From the sequence record MZ311865.1: a stretch of 64,000 nucleotides of DNA. The stretch is one strand, 5' to 3'. Positions 1 to 12,185 of this stretch are shown here, piece by piece. The notes beneath the pieces were generated by a model. That model ran no database searches and was not told where the DNA came from. It saw only the letters and a list, made by a program, of their open reading frames with translations. The DNA is from Escherichia phage vB_EcoM_LNA2. The translations under genes were made by a program, and so were the position numbers. The first letter of the stretch is position 1. Each line of letters opens with the position of its first letter.

Positions 1-696
1 AATAAACTCCAAGAATCAGAACAATATCTTGAAGGGCAAATTATTAATAAAATTGACCGATATTATATTGAAGATGTAGAAATTTTTAACTCATCGTTTG
101 CAAAATCTAAAATGCTAACTTATGTCGATGATGCAGATATTTCTATTATTGGTTCTTCAGCTACTATTCAAATGGTTCGCGAAGTACAAAACTTCTATAA
201 AACGCCTGAGGCCGGTATTAAATACAATAATCAGATTAAAGATAGATCGATGGAATCTAATATATTCTCGTTTGATTCGCACAGACCTAATCCAGAAAAT
301 GCAAACGAAACTATTAAATATGGTGTTCGCATAGTATCTTCTGACCGTAATGACCGTGGCATAGGTCAAGTTATTATTGGTCCATTTGCAGATGGCGATG
401 TTGTTGAAAACGAAAATATACAACCTTATACAGGTAATGATTTTAATAAACTTACTGTTACTGACGGACGAAACAAATACTATTCAATTGGTGAAGTGAA
501 TTATCCTGCCGATTCGATTTATTGGAACATTGCTAAAATTGACCTCACTTCAGACCGTTTTGAAGTTCAAACAATTGAACTTTATTCCGACCCTGCAGAT
601 GATATTATTTTTACAAAGGATGGTTCTTTAATCGTATTCGAAAACGACTTACGTCCTCAGTACTTAACTATAGATTTGGAGCCTATTTCACAATGA
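1..696 (+). CDS. 6: Baseplate wedge protein gp6, C-terminal part (5' end lies before the window)
   Basis: Frame is open from base 1 into ORF 112..696; sits directly upstream of gp7 as in T4. Confidence 0.8.
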   Translation, partial: NKLQESEQYLEGQIINKIDRYYIEDVEIFNSSFAKSKMLTYVDDADISIIGSSATIQMVREVQNFYKTPEAGIKYNNQIKDRSMESNIFSFDSHRPNPENANETIKYGVRIVSSDRNDRGIGQVIIGPFADGDVVENENIQPYTGNDFNKLTVTDGRNKYYSIGEVNYPADSIYWNIAKIDLTSDRFEVQTIELYSDPADDIIFTKDGSLIVFENDLRPQYLTIDLEPISQ

Positions 697-3600
697 CAGT
701 AAAAGCGCCAGCAGTCACAAGTCTCAGAATATCCAAGTTGTCCGCTAACCAAGTTCAAATACGCTGGGATGACGTTGGTGCTAATTTCTACTATTTCGTA
801 GAAATCGCTGAGACTAAAACGGCAGACGGGGAAATAATTCCCCCTGCCAGCTACAGATGGATAAATTTAGGATATACTCCTAATAGCAACTGGTTCGAAA
901 GTAGCTTAGACCCATTAACTTCTTATATTATTCGTGTATCAACTGCCGCCGAAGGCTTCGAGAGATCTGATTGGGTATATACCGAAATATTTGAATCATT
1001 TCAGACTAACGCGTATACATTTCAACATATGATTGAAATGCAATTGGCTAACACTTTTATTAGAGAAAAATTTACAAATAACAACATGGCTTATGTCGAT
1101 TTTAATAACGACACTATAATGGCAGCTCTAATGAATGAATCGTTCCAATTTAGCCCTGCTTATGCAGATATTTCATCTATTAAAAATTTCATTATTGGCG
1201 AAAATGAGTATCATGAAATTCAAGGTTCGATTCAACAGGTGTGTCATGATATAAACCGTGTTTATTTGATGGAATCCGAAGGAATTCTTTATTTGTTTGA
1301 ACGGTATCAGCCTGTGGTTAAAGTCTCTAATGATAAGGGACAAACCTGGAAATCAGTTAAATTGTTTAATGACCGTGTAGGGTACCCTGTATCAAGAACA
1401 GTGTATTACCAGACAGGTTATACCACGTATGTTCTTGGGTATGATAAATTATTTTACGGCCGTAAATCAACTGACGTTCGTTGGTCTGCTGATGATGTGA
1501 GATTTAGTTCTCAAGATATAACATTTGCTAAAATTGGTGACCAGTTAAATTTAGGATTTGATGTAGAAATATTTGGTAACTACGCATCATTACCTGCTAA
1601 CGTATCACGTATTGCAGAAGCTATCGTTTGCAACGACGATTATGTATACGTTGCTGCTCGAGATAAAGTTCGTTTTATTAAAACTAGTAATGCCCCTATT
1701 GATTCAGACCCGTTATCTCCGACATATTCCGAACGTTTGTTTGAACAAGAAACATTTAACATCACAGGTAACCCTAAGGCAGTTTGCTATAAAATGGATT
1801 CTGTTGGCGGTAAAATATTTGCACTGATTATCGGCGAAGTTGTTAATCTTAATGACGACCCGAGGACCACTCCTATTGTTGATTCTGCTGATAAGGGCGT
1901 TTACGTTCTAGACCATGATGCTGGCACATTTAAACGTGTGTTTGGTAATACTGAAGAAGAACGCCGTCGTATTGAACCTGGGTACACCAGTATGTCTACT
2001 GATGGTGTTGAGTTATCTATTTCATCTAGTAATTTTAAATTTCTAGAATCGGATATTGTTGATGACCCAAAAACACAAATCAAGTACGGTTTAATCGGTG
2101 CTGTTAAATATGAGTATCCTCGCGAATGGTTGGCTGATAAACATTATCATATGATGGCATTTATTTCAACTGAAGACTCTCAATGGGAATCGTTCACTCC
2201 TCAACCGATGGAATACTACGCTGAGCCATTCTTTAGTTATTCTAGAAAGTCCGGTACTCGATGTTGGATTAATAACTCAGACAAGGCTGTTGTAATTTAT
2301 TCTGATTTACTTTACACTAAGGTTATTGAGAATCATCCACTTAGTTCTTCAGACCGTGAAGTTCATGAATATTGGAAGGACGGTGACTGTACAATAGTGA
2401 TGCCTAACGTAGATTTCACCGGATTTAAAAAATATGCATCCGGCATGATTTTCTATAAATCATCAGGTGAGATTATTTCTTATTATGATTTTAGTTATCG
2501 TGTTAGAGATAATGTTTCTATAATTTGGAAGCCTACTAATATATTCTTAACAGCATCGTTACAAAACCAAGAAAAAGATACCACATGGACTCCTGTAGAA
2601 GAGAACGGTATTGCAGACCCAGATTTACGACCATTGCTCACTACAATGATGCCGGAGTCTTATCTTTTAGATAATACAAACTTCGAAGCATTCTGCGAGG
2701 CTTATATTCAGTATCTTTCTGACGGTTATGGGACTCATTATAACAACCTTTTAAATCTTATTAAAAATCAATATCCGCGAGAAGAACATGCGTGGGAATA
2801 TTTATGGTCTGAGATTTATAAACGAAACATTTACTTAAACGCCGAAAAACGCGATTTAGTGTCTCGTTTCTTTGAATCAAGAAGTTATGACTTCTATTCA
2901 ACTAAAGGAACCGAAGCGTCATATAAATTCTTGTTTAAAGTGCTTTATAACGAAGATGTTGAAATTGAAATTGAATCTAGTTCCGGGACCGAATATGATA
3001 TCATCATTGAATCTGATTCGTTGACAGAAGATTTGGTCGGACAAACCATATACACCGCTACAGGACGTTGTAATGTGACGTATATCGAGAGAAGTTACTC
3101 TAAAGGTAAATTACAATGGACTGTAACAATTCACAACCTCTTAGGTCGTTTAATCCAAGGACAGGAAGTTAAAGCTGAAAGACTCCCTGGTTTTGAAGGT
3201 GAAATTGTTCGTGGTATTAAAGGTAAAGAGCTTTCTCAGAACAACATCGATTACATAAATCGTGGTAGAGCATACTACGTAATGAAGATTAAATCTAAAC
3301 TTCCATCATCTCGTTGGAAATCAGACGTATTACGTTTTGTTCATCCGGTTGGATTTGGATTTATCGCAATTACCCTTCTCACAATGTTTATTAACACCGG
3401 ATTAACACTTAAACATGTTGAAACCATTATTAATAAATACAAAAACTATAAGTGGGATTCTGGATTACCAACTAAATATGCAGACCGAGTGGCTAAATTA
3501 GACCCACAAGGAAATGTTGAGTTTGACCCTATTACAGGTAAAGCGATATATGAAATAGGCCCTATGGCTGGTCAAGATTATCCATTGCCTGAAGATTATA

Positions 3601-3791
3601 ACGCTGAAAACAATAACTCCATATTTCAAGGTCAACTTCCATCGGAACGACGTAAACTGATGAGCCCATTATTTGATGCGTCCGGAACAACATTCTCTAG
3701 ATTTAGAGATTTGGTTGAACAACGGTTAATCGATAATGTAGGAAATCCAAGAGACCCCGTGAATCCACCACAGGTTAAATTAGATGAATGA
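693..3791 (+). CDS. 7: Baseplate wedge protein gp7
   Basis: 1032 aa ORF, same length as T4 gp7 as recalled; T4 synteny 6-7-8. Confidence 0.93.
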   Translation: MTVKAPAVTSLRISKLSANQVQIRWDDVGANFYYFVEIAETKTADGEIIPPASYRWINLGYTPNSNWFESSLDPLTSYIIRVSTAAEGFERSDWVYTEIFESFQTNAYTFQHMIEMQLANTFIREKFTNNNMAYVDFNNDTIMAALMNESFQFSPAYADISSIKNFIIGENEYHEIQGSIQQVCHDINRVYLMESEGILYLFERYQPVVKVSNDKGQTWKSVKLFNDRVGYPVSRTVYYQTGYTTYVLGYDKLFYGRKSTDVRWSADDVRFSSQDITFAKIGDQLNLGFDVEIFGNYASLPANVSRIAEAIVCNDDYVYVAARDKVRFIKTSNAPIDSDPLSPTYSERLFEQETFNITGNPKAVCYKMDSVGGKIFALIIGEVVNLNDDPRTTPIVDSADKGVYVLDHDAGTFKRVFGNTEEERRRIEPGYTSMSTDGVELSISSSNFKFLESDIVDDPKTQIKYGLIGAVKYEYPREWLADKHYHMMAFISTEDSQWESFTPQPMEYYAEPFFSYSRKSGTRCWINNSDKAVVIYSDLLYTKVIENHPLSSSDREVHEYWKDGDCTIVMPNVDFTGFKKYASGMIFYKSSGEIISYYDFSYRVRDNVSIIWKPTNIFLTASLQNQEKDTTWTPVEENGIADPDLRPLLTTMMPESYLLDNTNFEAFCEAYIQYLSDGYGTHYNNLLNLIKNQYPREEHAWEYLWSEIYKRNIYLNAEKRDLVSRFFESRSYDFYSTKGTEASYKFLFKVLYNEDVEIEIESSSGTEYDIIIESDSLTEDLVGQTIYTATGRCNVTYIERSYSKGKLQWTVTIHNLLGRLIQGQEVKAERLPGFEGEIVRGIKGKELSQNNIDYINRGRAYYVMKIKSKLPSSRWKSDVLRFVHPVGFGFIAITLLTMFINTGLTLKHVETIINKYKNYKWDSGLPTKYADRVAKLDPQGNVEFDPITGKAIYEIGPMAGQDYPLPEDYNAENNNSIFQGQLPSERRKLMSPLFDASGTTFSRFRDLVEQRLIDNVGNPRDPVNPPQVKLDE

Positions 3792-4788
3792 TTCAAGTGT
3801 TATCTATCGTGCAATAGTTACATCAAAATTTAGAACAGAGAAAATGCTGAATTTTTATAATTCAGTTGGGGATGGAGATGATAAGAACTCCATTTATATT
3901 ACGTTTGGACGTTCAGAGCCTTGGGCGTCAAATGAAAATGAGGTGGGCTTCGCCCCACCTTATCCTACAGATTCTGTTCTTGGTGTTACTGATATGTGGA
4001 CCCATATGATGGGCACCGTTAAAGTTTTACCTTCAATGTTAGATTCTGTTATTCCTAGACGTGATTGGGGAGATGTGCGATATCCAGACCCTTACACGTT
4101 TAGAATTAACGATATAGTCGCATGTAATACTGCTCCGTACAACGCGACAGAAGTTGGAGCTGGTTGGTTAATTTACCGTTGTTTAGATGTCCCTGACGTA
4201 GGGCTCTGTTCAATAGAATCTTTAGATAATAAAGATGAATGTCTTAAATTGGGTGGTAAATGGACTCCGTCTGTTCGTTCTATGTCTCCTCCTGAAGGCA
4301 GAGGCGATGCTAATGGGGTTATCGAAACCGGTGATGGATATATTTGGGAATATCTTTATGAGATTCCTGCCGATGTGTCAATTAACCGTTGCACTAACGA
4401 ATATCTTGTAGTTCCATGGCCGGAAGAAATTAAAGAAGACCCCACCCGTTGGGGATATGAAAATAACTTAACTTGGCAACAAGATGACTACGGTTTGATT
4501 TACCGTGTTAAAGCTAATACGATGCGGTTTAAAGCATATTTTGATTCTGTTTATTTCCCTGAGGCAGCTTTGCCTGGTAACAAGGGTTTTAGACAGATAT
4601 CAATTATCGCAAACCCGTTAGAAGCTAAGAAAAATCCAAATGACCCTAATGTTAAAGCAGAAAAGGATTATTACGACCCTAGAGACCTGCAACGTCATTC
4701 TGGTGAAATGATTTATATGGAAAACCGACCACCTGTTATTATGGCAATGGACCAAACAGAAGAAATTAACATTTTGTTTATGTTTTAA
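3784..4788 (+). CDS. 8: Baseplate wedge protein gp8
   Basis: 334 aa, matches T4 gp8 length and position; followed by UUCG hairpin terminator. Confidence 0.93.
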   Translation: MNDSSVIYRAIVTSKFRTEKMLNFYNSVGDGDDKNSIYITFGRSEPWASNENEVGFAPPYPTDSVLGVTDMWTHMMGTVKVLPSMLDSVIPRRDWGDVRYPDPYTFRINDIVACNTAPYNATEVGAGWLIYRCLDVPDVGLCSIESLDNKDECLKLGGKWTPSVRSMSPPEGRGDANGVIETGDGYIWEYLYEIPADVSINRCTNEYLVVPWPEEIKEDPTRWGYENNLTWQQDDYGLIYRVKANTMRFKAYFDSVYFPEAALPGNKGFRQISIIANPLEAKKNPNDPNVKAEKDYYDPRDLQRHSGEMIYMENRPPVIMAMDQTEEINILFMF

Positions 4789-4791
4789 TTA

Positions 4792-4816
4792 GGGAGCCTT
4801 CGGGCTCCCATTTTTG
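4792..4816 (+). terminator. Intrinsic terminator after gene 8 (GGGAGCC-UUCG-GGCUCCC plus U-run)
   Basis: Perfect 7-bp GC-rich stem with UUCG loop followed by ATTTTTG. Confidence 0.8.
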
Positions 4817-4820
4817 TATC

Positions 4821-4828
4821 TATAAATA
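4821..4828 (+). promoter_or_regulatory. T4-type late promoter (TATAAATA) for gene 9
   Basis: Exact TATAAATA about 30 bp upstream of the gene 9 ATG, just after the terminator. Confidence 0.7.
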
Positions 4829-4860
4829 GAATATAATATCGGACAACAAAAGGCAGAATT

Positions 4861-5733
4861 ATGGCATTTTTTAAGCAAACTCCTAAACAATTAATCGATA
4901 CCGGCGAAATTGGTAATGCCTCAACAGGTGATATCTTATTCGACGGTGGTAATAAAATAAATGATGATATCAACGCTATTTACAATGCATTTGGCGATCA
5001 ACGTAAAATGGCCGTAGCAGATGGAACCGGACCTACAGGTCAAACTATTCATGCCACAGGCTATTATCAAAAAGGAAAGGCGGTCGATTATCAAACTCCT
5101 ATTAAACCAGGCACTATGCATGATATTGATGCTTCTGATGGTGGTGTGATTGTTATTATTGACCGTCCTGAATTAGGTGACTCTGTAGAATTCATAAACT
5201 CTAATGGGTCTATTTCTGTTAACAATCCTTTAAGTATCCAAGTAACCGATGGTTCGATTAAAGGTGTTCTTAATAATCTTGTTATTTCAACCCCTTATAC
5301 CCATGTTGTTCTTCGTTGTGTTGAAATTAATGGGCCAACTTCAGTATGGAATTATTCTACTGATAGCATGTTTGGGCAGAAAGAATCTCCTGTCGATGGG
5401 ACTTGGAGTCTTACAGGAAACACAGTTTCTATTCCTCTGTTTTATCGCACAGATTATAACATGGCTAAATTGCTTGTTACATGCCAATCCGCTGACGGTA
5501 GAAAAATAAAAACATGCGAAATAAATATTCTAATAGATACAATTAACTCAGAAGTTCTTTCTACCGAATTTGCAGTAATGCGAGTTGGTAATGTAGATGA
5601 AACCGACGAGATTGCTAATATTAGCTTTAGTATTATTAACAACTTTGCTACTATGACGATTACATCCGATATTATTGGATTACGTTCGGCAGTTAAAATT
5701 ATCTCAACTCAGAAAATTGGGGTCGCTCAATAA
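4861..5733 (+). CDS. 9: Baseplate wedge / long tail fibre attachment protein gp9
   Basis: 290 aa; sequence closely resembles T4 gp9 (LIDTGEIGNASTGDILFDGGNKIN...ATQKIGVAQ); late promoter upstream. Confidence 0.95.
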   Translation: MAFFKQTPKQLIDTGEIGNASTGDILFDGGNKINDDINAIYNAFGDQRKMAVADGTGPTGQTIHATGYYQKGKAVDYQTPIKPGTMHDIDASDGGVIVIIDRPELGDSVEFINSNGSISVNNPLSIQVTDGSIKGVLNNLVISTPYTHVVLRCVEINGPTSVWNYSTDSMFGQKESPVDGTWSLTGNTVSIPLFYRTDYNMAKLLVTCQSADGRKIKTCEINILIDTINSEVLSTEFAVMRVGNVDETDEIANISFSIINNFATMTITSDIIGLRSAVKIISTQKIGVAQ

Positions 5734-7538
5734 TGAAACAAAATATTAAAATTGGTAACGTCGTTGATGACGGACAAGGCGATTACCTTCGTCGAGGTGG
5801 TGAAAAAATAAATGAGAACTTTGACGAAATCTATTATGAATTAGGTGATGGTGAAGTTCCTTATGCCGCTGGCGCATGGAAGACTTATGATGCGGCTGAT
5901 GGTCTTAATCTTAAGGCTGCTTGGGGTAAATCTTATGCAATTAATACTACTTCTGGGCGAGTTTCGGTAAATCTTCCTAAAGGGACAATTGCAGACTATA
6001 ATAAAGTTATTCGTGCTCGTGACGTATTTGCAACTTGGAACATTAACCCTGTTACTTTAATTCCGGCAAACGGAGACACGATTAAAGGTTCTTCATCTCC
6101 GGTAGAAATTAACGTTCAGTTCTCTGATTTAGAATTAGTTTATTGTGCTCCTGGACGTTGGGAATACATCAAGAACAAACAAATTGATAAAATAGTTAGC
6201 TCTGACATTAGTAATGTTGCTCGTAGAGAATATCTGGTTGAAACCCAAGGTCAGACCGATTTCATGGATGTTTTTAACGGTACCTCTTATAACGTTAACA
6301 ACATTCGCGTAAAACATCGTGGCAACGAATTGTATTATGGTGATGTATTCAGTGATAACAGTGATTTTGGTTCTCCAGGCGCTAATCCTGGTGAACTGGT
6401 TGCACTCGATGGATTTAATATTAGATTACGCCAACCATGTAATGTTGGGGACACTGTACAAATTGAGACATTCCTAGACGGTGTTTCTCAGTGGCGTAGT
6501 TCATATACTCGTCGCCAAGTTCGCATTTTAGATAGTAAATTGACTGCTAAAAAGTCTATTGACGGAAGTATTTACGTCACTGATTTGAGTACATTCAGGT
6601 CTATTCCATTTACAGCATTTGGTATTAATCCTACAGAACCACCTAACCCGAATTCATTAGAAGTTCGCTTCAATGGTATTCTCCAAGAATTAGCGGGTAC
6701 TGTTGGAACTCCTATTTTCCGTTGTGAAGGTGTGGATGCTGATTCTGAAGAGTCATGCGCTAATCTCGGTGGGACATGGACTCAATCGTATACAGATTAT
6801 GCGATTGAATATACTGATAATATCCCTAGCGCAATTCTGTTTGACCGTCAATTTGAAGACCAAGACATTATTACCATCACATGGTTTAATAACGATTTAG
6901 GAACTCTTCTTGAAATGGAAGAAATCCTTGATGTCGCTGATGAGAAATATGTTTCTCAAGGGTCTAACGTTGAAATTACTGGTGACGTTGCATTAACCGA
7001 TTTCGATAAAATTGGATGGCCTAATGTAGAACCTGTTCCTAAATATGAACGTGAATTCTCGACTATCTCAGCAATATTTGATACAATTTATCCTGTCGGG
7101 ACTATTTACGAAAATGCGGTTAACCCTAATAATCCGGCCACTTATTTAGGTTTTGGTTCGTGGAAAATTTGGGGACAAGGCAAAGTATTAGCAGGTTGGA
7201 ATGATGACGCGTCGGATCCTAATTTTGCATTAAATAATAATGACCTTGACGTCAATGGTAACCCTACTCATACCGCAGGTGGTACCGTTGGTGTAACAAC
7301 CATCACATTAGAAAATGCTGATTTACCAGCTACACAAACCGATGAAAAGGTTCTTATTTCTGATGATAATGGTACAGTAATTATAGGCGGTTGCCAATAC
7401 GACCCGGATGAAGAAGGTCCTATTTACACTAAATATCGTGAAGACCATGCAAAGACTAATGAATCTCATGTTCCAGCGCGTTCTATAACTAATATTCAGC
7501 CATCTATAACTGTATACCGTTGGGTAAGGATTGCATAA
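5733..7538 (+). CDS. 10: Baseplate wedge protein gp10
   Basis: 601 aa; T4 synteny and length. Confidence 0.93.
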   Translation: MKQNIKIGNVVDDGQGDYLRRGGEKINENFDEIYYELGDGEVPYAAGAWKTYDAADGLNLKAAWGKSYAINTTSGRVSVNLPKGTIADYNKVIRARDVFATWNINPVTLIPANGDTIKGSSSPVEINVQFSDLELVYCAPGRWEYIKNKQIDKIVSSDISNVARREYLVETQGQTDFMDVFNGTSYNVNNIRVKHRGNELYYGDVFSDNSDFGSPGANPGELVALDGFNIRLRQPCNVGDTVQIETFLDGVSQWRSSYTRRQVRILDSKLTAKKSIDGSIYVTDLSTFRSIPFTAFGINPTEPPNPNSLEVRFNGILQELAGTVGTPIFRCEGVDADSEESCANLGGTWTQSYTDYAIEYTDNIPSAILFDRQFEDQDIITITWFNNDLGTLLEMEEILDVADEKYVSQGSNVEITGDVALTDFDKIGWPNVEPVPKYEREFSTISAIFDTIYPVGTIYENAVNPNNPATYLGFGSWKIWGQGKVLAGWNDDASDPNFALNNNDLDVNGNPTHTAGGTVGVTTITLENADLPATQTDEKVLISDDNGTVIIGGCQYDPDEEGPIYTKYREDHAKTNESHVPARSITNIQPSITVYRWVRIA

Positions 7539-8197
7539 TGACTGTACTTAATACAAAGGCGGGAGTTATTTCCCGCCATGCTGATTTTTTGAATTACAGA
7601 AAAAATCCAGCTCAAATTGATGTTTTAAACAACCAAGCTGTAGGTTCCGTGACTATTTCTCAGTTAGCTCGCGGTTTTTATGATGCTAACGTAGAATCTG
7701 CAATAAATGATGTCCATAATATGGCACGAGCTGATATTGGTACTGTTGTCACAAACACTTCAGGCATATCGCCTGAAGGTACAGCACAAGTTGATTATTG
7801 GACCTTTTCCGGTGATGTTCTCGACGATACTTTGGACACTGGAACGCCAGTCGTTATTAACGTATTTGGACTTGCTGTTAAAGCAACAATCGGTATGACT
7901 GATAACGAATTAACGGCACAAGTTCGTATAGCTTTACAAGAAGCCATTGCTAATCAAATCGCTATTTCTTCTTATAAAGACCATCCGTCTGAAGGTAATA
8001 AACTTCAGGTGACATATTTAGATAACCAACGTCATGTGTTGCCAACATATGCTTCGTTTGGTGTAACAATTTCGCAAGAAATTTTGTCTGAAGCAAAATC
8101 CGGATACGGAACATGGAATTTATTGGGTGCCCAAACGGTTACTCTTGATAACCATGATACTCCTACCGTTTTCTACCACTTTGTGAGAGCCTCATGA
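7538..8197 (+). CDS. 11: Baseplate wedge / short tail fibre attachment protein gp11
   Basis: ORF track starts at TTG 7520; ATG at 7538 overlaps the gp10 stop (TAATG) and gives 219 aa as in T4 gp11. Confidence 0.9.
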   Translation: MTVLNTKAGVISRHADFLNYRKNPAQIDVLNNQAVGSVTISQLARGFYDANVESAINDVHNMARADIGTVVTNTSGISPEGTAQVDYWTFSGDVLDDTLDTGTPVVINVFGLAVKATIGMTDNELTAQVRIALQEAIANQIAISSYKDHPSEGNKLQVTYLDNQRHVLPTYASFGVTISQEILSEAKSGYGTWNLLGAQTVTLDNHDTPTVFYHFVRAS

Positions 8198-9777
8198 GTA
8201 ATAACAATACATACCAACACGTTTCAAACGAATCCATTTACGTTGAATTCGACCCTACGGGGTCGAATTTTCCAGATACAGTCACTAATGTCCAAGCCGC
8301 ATTAGCTGCCATTTCTCCTTCAGGTGTTAATGGGGTACCGGAAGCAACAACTACTACACCAGGAATTATTCAAATAGCTACTCCACAAGAAGTTATTGAT
8401 GGATTAGATAATAGTAAAGCTGTTACTCCGGCATCACTGAATGCTCGTCTACAATATCCTAATGCAACCGAAACTCAATATGGCTTAACTCGTTATGCTA
8501 CTGAAGATGAAGCAGTAACAGGAACTATTGACGATGCATCGATTACTCCGCTTAAATTGAATCAAAAAATAGACGATGTATTTCAGACAAAAGTGTCAAC
8601 AGAAGCAACAAATGGTGTAATTAAAATTTCAACTTCTGCTGCGGCATTAGCCGGTTCTGATGATACGACGGCAATGACTCCGTTAAAAACGCAACAATTA
8701 GCAATTAAACTTATTTCGCAAATTGCTCCAAATAATAGTGACGCCACCGAATCTATTACCGGTGTTGTTCGTTTGGCTACAGTTGCTCAAGCGCAACAAG
8801 GCACCCTACGTGAAGGCTATGCAATTTCACCTTATACCTTTATGAATTCAGTAGCATCAGAAACTAATAAAGGTGTCGTTAAACTAGGGACACAGACTGA
8901 AGTAAATAGTAACAACTCTTCAGTTGTAGTGACCGGCGCAACATTAAACGGACGTGGTGCTACAACTTCTTTACGTGGAGTTGTTCGTTTAACTACACAA
9001 GCGGGTAGCCAATCAGGAGGTGATGGTTCTTCTGCTCTTGCTTGGAATGCTGATGTTATCCACCAGCGAGGCGGACAAACTATTAATGGCACGCTTCGCA
9101 TTAATAATACGTTGACGGTTGGTTCTGGCGGCGCTAATATATCGGGCAATGTCAATATGTCCGGTGGTTATATTCAAGGCAATCGTATTGTGACTCAAAA
9201 TGAATTAGACCGAATTCTTCCAGTTGGCGCTATTACAATGTGGGCTGCAGATAGTTTACCGAGTTCTGATTGGCGCTTCTGCCATGGTGGGACCGTTTCT
9301 GCTTCAGAATGTCCGGTATATGCTTCCAGAATTGGGACACGATATGGTGGTAGTTCTTCTAACCCAGGCTTGCCTGATATGCGTGGATTATTTGTTCGTG
9401 GCTCAGGTCGTGGCTCTCACTTAACAAATCCAAATGTTAATGGTAATGACCAGTTTGGTAAGCCTAGATTAGGTGTAGGTTGTACTGGTGGATATGTTGG
9501 TGAAGTACAGAAACAACAGATGTCTTATCATAAACACGCTGGCGGATTTGGTGAGCATGATGATTCTGGAGCATTCGGTAATACCCGTAGATCAAATTTT
9601 GTTGGTACACGTAAAGGACTTGACTGGGATAACCGTTCATACTTCACCAATGACGGATATGAAATTGACCCGGCATCACAACGAAATTCCAAATATACAT
9701 TAAATCGTCCTGAATTAATTGGAAATGAAACACGTCCATGGAACATTTCTTTAAACTATATCATTAAGGTAAAATAA
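8194..9777 (+). CDS. 12: Short tail fibre protein gp12
   Basis: 527 aa, same length as T4 gp12; position between 11 and wac. Confidence 0.93.
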   Translation: MSNNNTYQHVSNESIYVEFDPTGSNFPDTVTNVQAALAAISPSGVNGVPEATTTTPGIIQIATPQEVIDGLDNSKAVTPASLNARLQYPNATETQYGLTRYATEDEAVTGTIDDASITPLKLNQKIDDVFQTKVSTEATNGVIKISTSAAALAGSDDTTAMTPLKTQQLAIKLISQIAPNNSDATESITGVVRLATVAQAQQGTLREGYAISPYTFMNSVASETNKGVVKLGTQTEVNSNNSSVVVTGATLNGRGATTSLRGVVRLTTQAGSQSGGDGSSALAWNADVIHQRGGQTINGTLRINNTLTVGSGGANISGNVNMSGGYIQGNRIVTQNELDRILPVGAITMWAADSLPSSDWRFCHGGTVSASECPVYASRIGTRYGGSSSNPGLPDMRGLFVRGSGRGSHLTNPNVNGNDQFGKPRLGVGCTGGYVGEVQKQQMSYHKHAGGFGEHDDSGAFGNTRRSNFVGTRKGLDWDNRSYFTNDGYEIDPASQRNSKYTLNRPELIGNETRPWNISLNYIIKVK

Positions 9778-11225
9778 TGGCTGATATAACTCTGGTAGAT
9801 TTACCATATGTTGACGGCCCGCCAGACGCGGGTCAGAGTCGTATTGAATGGATTAAAAACGATGAAGAAATAACAGGTGCTGACACAAAATACGGTTCTG
9901 AAGGTGTAATGAACCGTCCTATTGTTGAAGTTCAACGTAACGTAGAAGCGTTAGATGTTAATATTAAAACTATAGCATCTTCTTTGAATACGGCCAATGA
10001 AGATATCAAAGTTATTCAAGGTATTTTAGATGTTTCCGGGGATGTTGATGCTCTTGCACAGATAGGCCAGAACACCCAAGATATTGATGTCATTAAAGTC
10101 ACAGTTCAAACCCATGCTAGTGAATTGAATGATTTGAATGAACATATTGATGCGAATACTGATGATATTGGTGTTTATAATCAGGAAACAGATTCAGTTT
10201 ATAGAACTGTTCGTAATGACCTGCTTTGGATTAAAAACGAATTAGGACAATATACGGGTCAAGATATTAATGGGGTTCCTACTCCAGGAAATGATAGCAC
10301 TGGTATGAAACGCCGTATTATGACTAATAGCTCCGTAATTGTTGACCACGGTGTTCGATTAACTGATTTAGAAACTAAATTTGCTGATTCTGACGTCGGC
10401 TCTTTAACTATTGAAGTTGAACACTTGCGCGAAGAAATGGGGCCTCGCACTTCTTTCACTACTCCAGTGTTTAGTCGTCTTTCCAGTATTGATTTAACTT
10501 TGTCACGTCAAAATGCTGACTTGGATGGCATTAAACAGTCTATTGGGTATCCTAATACGACTTCTATTATTACTACAACTAATGCGAATAGTTCAGCAAT
10601 AAATGACATTAATCTTGAGCTCAATCAATCCGGTGGTATTAAACCTCGTTTGACTACAGTAGAAACTGCCATTGGCGGCGATGATTTGCCTACTACAATC
10701 CAAGGACGTATTAAACTCAATACTGATGCTATCGGAGCATTGAACACTGTTGTCGGCTCTGATTCTTCGTCAGGATTGCGTTTTAATGTGTCATGGTTAA
10801 ATAACGTAGTTGGTGTTGACGCTTCAGGTGGGAAACCGGAACCAGACGGCTCTTTGCTTTATCGTACTCGAGAGCTTGAAGGAACTATCAGTGGGATGAG
10901 TAATGACATTCAGAACATTCAAACTGATGTTGGGACTAATTCCACAGGAATTAAAGGTTCTGTAAACACATTAAATACTCTTATAAATGGCACCAACCCA
11001 AATGGTTCGACTGTTGAAGAACGAGGTATATTGCCTACAGTTAAAAGTCATGATACGACAATTAATGGTTTAACTTCTAGAATTGCTACTCTTGAAACTG
11101 ATTTGGCCGCTGCAGAAGCTGAAATCCAAACTCTTAAGGACGCTGGATATATTGAAGATGCTCCTTCAGACGGTAAATTCTATGTTCGCAAAGATGGTGC
11201 ATGGGTTGAACTTCCTACAGCTTAA
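9777..11225 (+). CDS. wac: Fibritin (whisker antigen control) with C-terminal foldon
   Basis: 482 aa; C-terminus GYIEDAPSDGKFYVRKDGAWVELPTA resembles the T4 foldon; coiled-coil-like repeats. Confidence 0.95.
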   Translation: MADITLVDLPYVDGPPDAGQSRIEWIKNDEEITGADTKYGSEGVMNRPIVEVQRNVEALDVNIKTIASSLNTANEDIKVIQGILDVSGDVDALAQIGQNTQDIDVIKVTVQTHASELNDLNEHIDANTDDIGVYNQETDSVYRTVRNDLLWIKNELGQYTGQDINGVPTPGNDSTGMKRRIMTNSSVIVDHGVRLTDLETKFADSDVGSLTIEVEHLREEMGPRTSFTTPVFSRLSSIDLTLSRQNADLDGIKQSIGYPNTTSIITTTNANSSAINDINLELNQSGGIKPRLTTVETAIGGDDLPTTIQGRIKLNTDAIGALNTVVGSDSSSGLRFNVSWLNNVVGVDASGGKPEPDGSLLYRTRELEGTISGMSNDIQNIQTDVGTNSTGIKGSVNTLNTLINGTNPNGSTVEERGILPTVKSHDTTINGLTSRIATLETDLAAAEAEIQTLKDAGYIEDAPSDGKFYVRKDGAWVELPTA

Positions 11226-11231
11226 TGAAAA

Positions 11232-11245
11232 GGGCCTTCGGGCCC
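11232..11245 (+). other. UUCG hairpin between wac and gene 13, no U-run
   Basis: GGGCC-UUCG-GGCCC immediately before the gene 13 RBS. Confidence 0.55.
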
Positions 11246-11257
11246 TAAAGGATTTAT

Positions 11258-12184
11258 ATGTCAGGTTATAATGCACAAAACCCTAAAGAATTAAAGGATG
11301 TAATATTACGTCGTTTAGGCGCTCCTATTGTAAATGTTGAATTAACTACAGACCAAATTTATGATTGTATTTCACGGGCGTTAGAACTTTATGGCGAATA
11401 CCATTTTGACGGGTTGAATAAAGGTTTCCATGTATTTTTTGTTGATGACGAAGAAAAATACCGTCACGGCGTATTTGATATGCGTGGTTCTAACGTATTT
11501 GCTGTAACAAGAATTATAAGAACAAATGTTGGCTCTATTACTTCAATGGATGGTAATGCAACTTATCCGTGGTTCACTGATTTCCTTTTAGGAATGGCCG
11601 GTGTTTCAGGTGGTATGGGTAGTAATTGCGGTAAATTCTACGGCCCGAACGCTTTTGGCGCTGATCTCGGGTATTATTCTCAATTAGTATCTTATATGGG
11701 TATGCTTCAAGATATGATTGCTCCTCTTCCAGATTTTTGGTTTAACTCTGCAAACGAGCAATTAAAAGTAATGGGTAACTTTAGACAGAAAGATGTCATT
11801 ATCGTTGAATCATATGTTCGCTCTTATATCGAGACCCATAAGATGGTAGGAAATACAGTAGGGTACGGTCAAGTAGGTCCTCGTGATTCATGGTCTATTT
11901 CTGAACGTTATGATAATCCAGACCATAATTTGGTCGGACGCCGAGTTGGTGAAGATCCTGCAACTAAACAAGGCGCATATAACAACCGCTGGGTTAAAGA
12001 TTATGCAACTGCATTAGCTAAAGAGCTTAATGGACAAATTCTTGCTAAACATCAAGGTATGATGTTACCGGGTGGCGTCACTGTTGATGGTGTTCGATTA
12101 ATTGAAGAAGCTCGTTTAGAGAAAGAAGCTTTACGAGAAGAGTTATATTTACTGGACCCTCCTGCAGGTATTTTGGTAGGTTAA
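11258..12184 (+). CDS. 13: Neck protein gp13
   Basis: 308 aa; T4 synteny after wac. Confidence 0.92.
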   Translation: MSGYNAQNPKELKDVILRRLGAPIVNVELTTDQIYDCISRALELYGEYHFDGLNKGFHVFFVDDEEKYRHGVFDMRGSNVFAVTRIIRTNVGSITSMDGNATYPWFTDFLLGMAGVSGGMGSNCGKFYGPNAFGADLGYYSQLVSYMGMLQDMIAPLPDFWFNSANEQLKVMGNFRQKDVIIVESYVRSYIETHKMVGNTVGYGQVGPRDSWSISERYDNPDHNLVGRRVGEDPATKQGAYNNRWVKDYATALAKELNGQILAKHQGMMLPGGVTVDGVRLIEEARLEKEALREELYLLDPPAGILVG

Positions 12185-12185
12185 T

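Noticed and set aside
122-423. Small ORFs in the track that sit inside large structural genes on other frames or the opposite strand (for example 122..334, 157..423, 1573..1827, 8832..9155, 17610..17903, 21287..21766, 23753..24223, 36540..36869, 41534..41851)
   Set aside because: They are fully embedded in long, homology-supported genes, lack start contexts and have skewed low-complexity composition; treated as frame-shadow ORFs.
7520-7537. TTG start for gene 11 given by the ORF track
   Set aside because: The ATG at 7538 overlaps the gene 10 stop and yields the expected 219-aa product.
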